A DNA stretch of 35,544 bases, from IMG/VR virus record IMGVR_UViG_3300049215_000193, positions 1 through 35,544 of that record. One strand, written 5' to 3'. The notes below the pieces were generated by a model that was not told where the DNA came from, ran no database searches, and worked only from the letters and a program-made list of their open reading frames with translations. Positions within the stretch are counted from its first letter, which is position 1. Every line of letters begins with the position of its first letter. Below are positions 31,172 to 35,544 of this stretch, in pieces. The DNA comes from a virus. Position numbers and translations under genes: made by a program.

Positions 31172-31273
31172 AGCGTATTAGAACAATATGATAATAATAA
31201 TATTAATAATATATTGCCTAAAACTTATATGAGTATGTATAAGTTGAACGGAAGTATAGCCCACTAGATCGAA

Positions 31274-31504
31274 TTAATCAAGATCTTCACTTTTATCTTC
31301 TATTGAACCCTGAAGATCATCAACTCTCTTGTGAAGCTCCTGCAAAGAAAGGAATATTTTCTTTTCTACTCCCGACCCCCCTTTTTCTAGATTGGTATCT
31401 ATCATAGAAGCAGCCATTTCACAGGCTAAATATGCTCCTAACATTATAGAAGAAACTATCACAAACATTGCGATAATGGACAGCATTAACACGTAAATAA
31501 CCAT
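31274..31504 (-). CDS. Small membrane protein (N-terminal TM, charged coiled-coil tail)
   Basis: 76 aa: MVIYVLMLSIIAMFVIVSSIMLGAYLA... followed by an acidic tail. Confidence 0.6.
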   Translation of the reverse strand: MVIYVLMLSIIAMFVIVSSIMLGAYLACEMAASMIDTNLEKGGSGVEKKIFLSLQELHKRVDDLQGSIEDKSEDLD

Positions 31505-31507
31505 AGT

Positions 31508-31714
31508 CTATAATCCTTCCTTCATTTTCTTAACAATCTCTTCTCTCAAATTGTCTATTTTCCCATCTATATTCTTAAGAACCAAAAGCAAATCACACAA
31601 CTTATGTGTGTGCCATACATCATAGTCCTGTATCTTGTTAAGGAGATATAAGAAAATAGATAGACCACCAAAAATGATCGTCCAAAGAAGAATGGTAATA
31701 ACTGTTAAATTCAT
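31508..31714 (-). CDS. Small membrane protein (N-terminal TM, charged tail)
   Basis: 68 aa: MNLTVITILLWTIIFGGLSIFLYLL... It has the same architecture as 31274..31504. Confidence 0.6.
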   Translation of the reverse strand: MNLTVITILLWTIIFGGLSIFLYLLNKIQDYDVWHTHKLCDLLLVLKNIDGKIDNLREEIVKKMKEGL

Positions 31715-31813
31715 TTCTTCATATCCCTATCATTAATCCCTTGATATGTGAGTACCAGTTTTGTTTACCGCGGTCTTATGCGCATCACTGCATACCAAGG
31801 GATATTTGTAGAT

Positions 31814-32248
31814 TTATTCTTCTAGTTTAAAACTGCTATCAATATATCCCCATGAAAATATATCTTTTGGACCGAATTCAAATGGCTCAGAAATATAATC
31901 AGTGATGGAATCATAGTCAAAGCCACATTGAAAATCATAACTCCAATAATCTGACTTCAGCTCGTGCCATATTGTTTCTGTTTTTAATATGAAAGCTTTT
32001 TTCAAAGAATTCGAACCATTAAGGCACGATCGAGGAGACGAAATTACCAAAAAAGAAACTGATAAAAACAAAGGGAAATACTCACACCCCTGTTGCTTCA
32101 GGTCATCAAAGTACTTCTTCACTAATTCCGAATCTGTATTGAAAGAAAAAGTCTTTCTTCCTTTAAATACAACACATGGATATTCAGAGTTCGGAGAAGG
32201 CATAATTTCTTTAGCAATAGTTAATTTCAAACTATTTTCATGCGTCAT
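31814..32248 (-). CDS. Hypothetical protein
   Basis: 144 aa; ATGA-type abutment with the upstream gene. Confidence 0.5.
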   Translation of the reverse strand: MTHENSLKLTIAKEIMPSPNSEYPCVVFKGRKTFSFNTDSELVKKYFDDLKQQGCEYFPLFLSVSFLVISSPRSCLNGSNSLKKAFILKTETIWHELKSDYWSYDFQCGFDYDSITDYISEPFEFGPKDIFSWGYIDSSFKLEE

Positions 32249-32514
32249 TATTCTTTATTCTCTTCTTTAATATCTTTTTTTGCATAGTCTTCATAATACT
32301 TCTTCAAATCATCAGCAGGGATCACGAGATTCACTGTTTCCACAGTATGAGTCAACATCACTACCTTCTTAAACAAGAACTCGATGAAGTCCTTCGAACG
32401 ACCTTTCATGAAATCCAGTTCGTTATCTATGTCCTTTTGCTGATCGGGACTCATTTGAGAGTAGAGATGTTCCCAACGCTTGATATCTTCTGCAGCTAAT
32501 TGCATTTTTGCCAT
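32248..32514 (-). CDS. Hypothetical protein
   Basis: 88 aa, tightly packed in the early operon. Confidence 0.5.
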   Translation of the reverse strand: MAKMQLAAEDIKRWEHLYSQMSPDQQKDIDNELDFMKGRSKDFIEFLFKKVVMLTHTVETVNLVIPADDLKKYYEDYAKKDIKEENKE

Positions 32515-32515
32515 G

Positions 32516-33058
32516 CTAATCCTTCTTTCTGTATGGTTTTAAAATAATTGGCTCACAACCCGCCTTTAAAATTAATTTGATAGGTAGTTTGTTTTGTAAA
32601 GTGAAAGCTTCTGAATGAAATGTATCTTCCTTGAAAAGGACATTAAACCTCATGTCAGATAAATTTTTTTTCATAAGGGGAATCTCCAACTTCGCATCTG
32701 GCTTAAACTTTACTTCCCCTCCGTAATATCCATTGCTTTCATTTCTAAATTCTATATCTATATATCCCTTTATGGTTTTTAAGGTATATCCAAATGCTAC
32801 TTCGCGAGATTCATCTTCGTCTTGAGATTTTTCTTCATTTTTTGAACGAATCGCTTCTCCTTTTCTTTCAATTCCAATTATTTCTTCATCAATTAGATTT
32901 TCTACGTTATTTATAGACTCTATCCAAGAAGATGAACAGCATTCCCCAACTGCTTCATACACAAAAAACTCATTCCCATGGAAGTTAATAAACGCAATAC
33001 ATTGATTATCTTCATCCATATATATGTACTGGATTGTTTCTTCTAATAGTTGCCTCAT
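32516..33058 (-). CDS. Hypothetical phage protein with ECCSS...SNGYYGG motifs
   Basis: 180 aa. The GECCSSSWIE and ESNGYYGGEV motifs recall an uncharacterised family common in phages (recollection only). Confidence 0.5.
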   Translation of the reverse strand: MRQLLEETIQYIYMDEDNQCIAFINFHGNEFFVYEAVGECCSSSWIESINNVENLIDEEIIGIERKGEAIRSKNEEKSQDEDESREVAFGYTLKTIKGYIDIEFRNESNGYYGGEVKFKPDAKLEIPLMKKNLSDMRFNVLFKEDTFHSEAFTLQNKLPIKLILKAGCEPIILKPYRKKD

Positions 33059-33072
33059 TGTAATTCTTCCAG

Positions 33073-33669
33073 TTAGGTTCTTTTGTTTTTATTAATGTAA
33101 CCCATTACAATTCCATACTTCGCTTCACTCAGCTCATCTATGGACTTAATATTGTTAAATTTCAGAATGTTTTGGTAAAGCTCGGAACCATTAGAACAAT
33201 CTTTGAGTGCGCGTTTTATTTCATCAAGGTATATCTGGCGAGTAGATATGTGCTTTTCTTCTTCCTCACCGTCATCGTCATCCGGGCATAGTCCACAAAG
33301 CGCCAATATCGCATACTTACGCATATAAGTTTGAGCAGCACCTTTGGCTTGGTTTCCATCTTTTTCACTTTCCATATAGCGCTGATCCTCGATCCATTGA
33401 CCAGAGGGGCAGTGGGTAAGGCGGCTTATGAGAATCTGTATGCTGTCCTTAGCCATAGCTCCTTGGGAGATGGCTATTTTTTGATCATAGAGCGCATCTT
33501 CTACTGCACCATAGATATCTAGTAAAGTTGCGTATTTATAACGCTGGTGGGCATTTGTTCCACTAAAACCGGTTGATTTAAATGACCGACGAGCTGTCGC
33601 AAGAGCCCATAACACTTCTCTAACATCTTCAGACATTAAAGAGCAGTTTGATTTGGCATATTCCATCAT
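33073..33669 (-). CDS. ERF-family single-strand annealing protein, first copy
   Basis: 198 aa; ATGA overlap with the upstream gene and a GGGAGG SD. YKYATLLDIYGAVEDAL...LTHCPSGQWIE...GAAQTYMRKYAILALCGLCPDDDDGEEEE is a classic ERF core. Confidence 0.8.
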   Translation of the reverse strand: MMEYAKSNCSLMSEDVREVLWALATARRSFKSTGFSGTNAHQRYKYATLLDIYGAVEDALYDQKIAISQGAMAKDSIQILISRLTHCPSGQWIEDQRYMESEKDGNQAKGAAQTYMRKYAILALCGLCPDDDDGEEEEKHISTRQIYLDEIKRALKDCSNGSELYQNILKFNNIKSIDELSEAKYGIVMGYINKNKRT

Positions 33670-33911
33670 GCAGCCTCCCGAGGAATTTTAGACCATTGTC
33701 TATCAACATATCGTTTAACTTTACGCATTACACTCGGGCACATAGCCATCAAGTCGGGAGTAGATATAAGCTTCTTTAGTGTGTTATATCCTACTCCGAG
33801 TTCTTCGGCTAACTTCTTATTCCCAAGGAAAAAAGCATCCTGGATCTTCAGGAGCTTTTGGATGTAATGTTCTCTCATATCCACATCCATCTTTTTTTCG
33901 GTATTTTCCAT
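33666..33911 (-). CDS. Small HTH DNA-binding protein (early regulator, Cro/repressor-like by position)
   Basis: 81 aa with AAGGAG 5 nt upstream. HTH LAEELGVGYNTLKKLIS. It is the first gene of the leftward operon, next to the operator-like repeats. Confidence 0.65.
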   Translation of the reverse strand: MENTEKKMDVDMREHYIQKLLKIQDAFFLGNKKLAEELGVGYNTLKKLISTPDLMAMCPSVMRKVKRYVDRQWSKIPREAA

Positions 33912-33935
33912 AAAAACTCCTTTATATATAGGATA

Positions 33936-33963
33936 ATTATAGCATATATCAAATTGGTGTCAA
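33936..33963 (-). promoter_or_regulatory. Consensus sigma70 promoter TTGACA-N16-TATAAT (leftward early promoter)
   Basis: Minus strand read directly: TTGACAccaatttgatatatgcTATAAT; the start codon of 33666..33911 is about 25 nt downstream. Confidence 0.75.
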
Positions 33964-33977
33964 ATTAGTATCAAATT
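33949..33977. promoter_or_regulatory. Three direct TCAAATT repeats at exact 11-bp spacing (33949, 33960, 33971) between and overlapping the divergent promoters; candidate operators
   Basis: Read directly: atatcaaattggtgtcaaattagtatcaaattaagg. Confidence 0.55.
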
Positions 33978-33981
33978 AAGG

Positions 33982-34009
33982 TTGACTTTTGAATTCATGG
34001 GTATAGAAT
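33982..34009 (+). promoter_or_regulatory. Sigma70-like promoter TTGACT-N16-TAGAAT (rightward early promoter)
   Basis: Read directly. For this reason the TTG start of ORF-track entry 33982..34218 is rejected in favour of ATG 34042. Confidence 0.6.
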
Positions 34010-34041
34010 ATAAGCATACTAACTTGATGAAAGGATTAAAC

Positions 34042-34218
34042 ATGATGGAACTCATTTATAAAGCAAACACAAACAAAGAACAAAATGTCTGCTGGTGGTG
34101 TGATAAAACTATCAACAAAGCATACGTAACTTACGAAGGTGCAGCAAAAGATGAATCATTCTGCAATCCTGAATGTGCACGATCACATTACGATGCATAC
34201 CATATTCCTATCAACTAA
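34042..34218 (+). CDS. Small zinc-ribbon protein (C-X2-C-X20-C-X3-C, TRASH/FCS-like spacing)
   Basis: 58 aa from MMELIYK with AAAGGA upstream. Contains CWWC...FCNPEC. Confidence 0.65.
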   Translation: MMELIYKANTNKEQNVCWWCDKTINKAYVTYEGAAKDESFCNPECARSHYDAYHIPIN

Positions 34219-34230
34219 GAGAGCGAGAGA

Positions 34231-34413
34231 GTGAAGAAAGAAAAAAGAATATGCAGCTGGTGCCGAGAAAGAATTGGAGAGCATTACTATAAGTCAGTGC
34301 TTGGAAGAAGAGATTACTACTGCTCCCCTCTTTGCTGCTTAAGACATTCAAGCCAACTTATGCCTATCCAGATGGTTGCGCTTGAAAAACCAATATTATG
34401 CTCCCATAAATAA
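34231..34413 (+). CDS. Small zinc-ribbon protein (C-X2-C-X19-C-X3-C)
   Basis: 60 aa with a GTG start after a purine-rich stretch. Contains CSWC...YCSPLC. Confidence 0.6.
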   Translation: MKKEKRICSWCRERIGEHYYKSVLGRRDYYCSPLCCLRHSSQLMPIQMVALEKPILCSHK

Positions 34414-34429
34414 CCCGAAGGAAAATAAA

Positions 34430-34960
34430 ATGGATTGCTTCTATGAATCTTTACTTTTTTTTCTCGTAAAATCAGTAGGATCAGCATTTATTATATTTGT
34501 CGCTATAGAATTTTTTAAAAAACTATTTATAAATCAATGCCATAAAGATGCAACTATATGCTTAGGATTGAAAAAAGCATTTATAGAAAACTTTTATCAA
34601 TTTCATAGATTCAAAAAGTTTATAGATGAAATAAATACCATCCATAAAGAGGGCCAAGGTTTTCTAGAAAATATTCATGGGCATCCTGGATTTAAAAAAG
34701 TAAAAACGGGAACTGATAAAAAACATTTGAAGAAATGGATGGATACATCAGATCATATGATAAGATTGAATTCCCCATTGCTCGATCTCATGAAAAGTGA
34801 AGCTATTTCATATAGTATTTACACCAATCCTCGAACATTGATAGAAGATGATATATGTAACATAGAAAATAAAATAGTATTTATGCGAGTTATGAGATCA
34901 ACAATGCTCGATTATATAGTATCTGATATAGATAAATCACAAGACATACACCAACACTAA
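34430..34960 (+). CDS. Hypothetical protein with an N-terminal TM helix
   Basis: Start set at MDCFYESLLFFLVKSVGSAFIIFVAIEFF with GAAGGAAA upstream; 176 aa. Confidence 0.55.
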   Translation: MDCFYESLLFFLVKSVGSAFIIFVAIEFFKKLFINQCHKDATICLGLKKAFIENFYQFHRFKKFIDEINTIHKEGQGFLENIHGHPGFKKVKTGTDKKHLKKWMDTSDHMIRLNSPLLDLMKSEAISYSIYTNPRTLIEDDICNIENKIVFMRVMRSTMLDYIVSDIDKSQDIHQH

Positions 34961-34970
34961 AAGAAAAAAT

Positions 34971-35126
34971 ATGATTATTTCATTGTGTATCACCGGCTTA
35001 ATATTTGGATTCTGCTTAGGACGATTTGCCGGTTTAATGTGGAAAAAATATGAAGAAAGAAGACTGCGAAGTTATTTAAGAAAAAGAATGAAAGAATTCT
35101 TAAAATCAAAAGAAAATAAACAATAA
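34971..35126 (+). CDS. 51-aa membrane peptide with a basic tail (below the ORF-track cutoff)
   Basis: Translated by hand: MIISLCITGLIFGFCLGRFAGLMWKKYEERRLRSYLRKRMKEFLKSKENKQ. Confidence 0.45.
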   Translation: MIISLCITGLIFGFCLGRFAGLMWKKYEERRLRSYLRKRMKEFLKSKENKQ

Positions 35127-35135
35127 AGGATATTC

Positions 35136-35486
35136 ATGGATTACATATTTGCTGCTATTTTTGCTACAGCCAGTGCAGCTTTTTTGCATCACGATACTGT
35201 CAAATCCCAAGAAATTAACTTTCATGTTTCTGTTAAGAAAGACGGGCAACCACAAAGGCCAATGATTACGTTTAGAGGAATCCCATTCGATCAGATATGC
35301 AACCTATGCTTAAATTATGCATGTCACTATCACATTCAAAATCATCAAACGCTATCATTGTGCGATTCACACGAGAAGGCATATACTAAATTCAAATCGT
35401 TAAACCAAAATTACGATGGAAAGGAAGTGTATGAAAAGTATATTATGTATATTGGGGTTGATGATGACTCTCAGGGGAATGAATGA
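35136..35486 (+). CDS. Small Cys/His zinc-ribbon protein (C-X2-C-X17-C-X2-H), paralogue of 14..298
   Basis: 116 aa with AAAGGA upstream. Hydrophobic N-terminus, then CNLC...LCDSH. It runs into the terminal repeat. Confidence 0.6.
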   Translation: MDYIFAAIFATASAAFLHHDTVKSQEINFHVSVKKDGQPQRPMITFRGIPFDQICNLCLNYACHYHIQNHQTLSLCDSHEKAYTKFKSLNQNYDGKEVYEKYIMYIGVDDDSQGNE

Positions 35487-35544
35487 CAAGAGAGACATAT
35501 CCCCACTAAAACCTAAGCTATATTCGGGCAGTGTAAAGAAAATA
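35418..35544. repeat. Right copy of the 127-bp direct terminal repeat
   Basis: Identical to 1..127. ORF 35136..35486 runs into it and ORF 14..298 starts inside it. Confidence 0.95.

Noticed and set aside
33982-34041. TTG-initiated N-terminal extension of ORF-track entry 33982..34218
   Set aside because: The TTG is the first base of a TTGACT -35 hexamer, with a TAGAAT -10 box 16 nt downstream. An ATG with an AAAGGA SD follows at 34042.
1-35544. CRISPR array, diversity-generating retroelement, or recoded stop codons
   Set aside because: No spaced identical repeats of CRISPR type were seen. No reverse-transcriptase-like ORF or template/variable repeat pair was noticed near the fibre genes. Long ORFs are intact under the standard code, with TAA, TAG and TGA all used as stops.

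Overview
The window is a complete, gene-dense dsDNA tailed-phage genome. The first 127 nt are identical to the last 127 nt (1..127 = 35418..35544), so the unit length is 35,417 bp and the contig closes on itself. All calls come from reading the sequence and ORF track; no database search was run. Layout: one long minus-strand transcription unit series runs from 33911 down to 1008. It holds early genes (HTH regulator, ERF-type annealing protein, small membrane proteins), then a putative HTH/replication protein, RusA resolvase, small and large terminase and portal. Next come a cluster of small basic proteins, a scaffold-like protein, an accessory island with an initiator-type tRNA-Met, and the HK97-fold major capsid protein. 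The series ends with virion/tail proteins, two Q/G/A-rich putative ejection proteins and a 6-gene tail-fibre cassette. A short plus-strand module (34042 across the junction to 801) diverges from the minus-strand genes at back-to-back sigma70-like promoters. It encodes several small Cys-rich zinc-ribbon proteins, small membrane proteins and a GroES co-chaperonin. Three small plus-strand islands (9448..10319, 12248..12595, 20895..21200) interrupt the structural genes. No tape measure, sheath or tube gene is recognisable, which suggests a short-tailed virion (inference). I could not recognise an integrase, DNA polymerase/primase/helicase, endolysin, CRISPR array, reverse transcriptase or IS element. 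The items most worth a second look are:
- a phage-encoded initiator tRNA with an unusual discriminator base
- a true GroES homologue
- two ERF paralogues, one sitting at the end of the structural operon
- an expanded family of small zinc-ribbon proteins, some of them membrane-anchored
- a cluster of small Lys/Arg-rich proteins between portal and scaffold
- a modular, repeat-built multi-fibre locus
- two compact promoter/operator regions
The host is unknown; the genome is AT-rich and uses strong AAGGAG Shine-Dalgarno sites.
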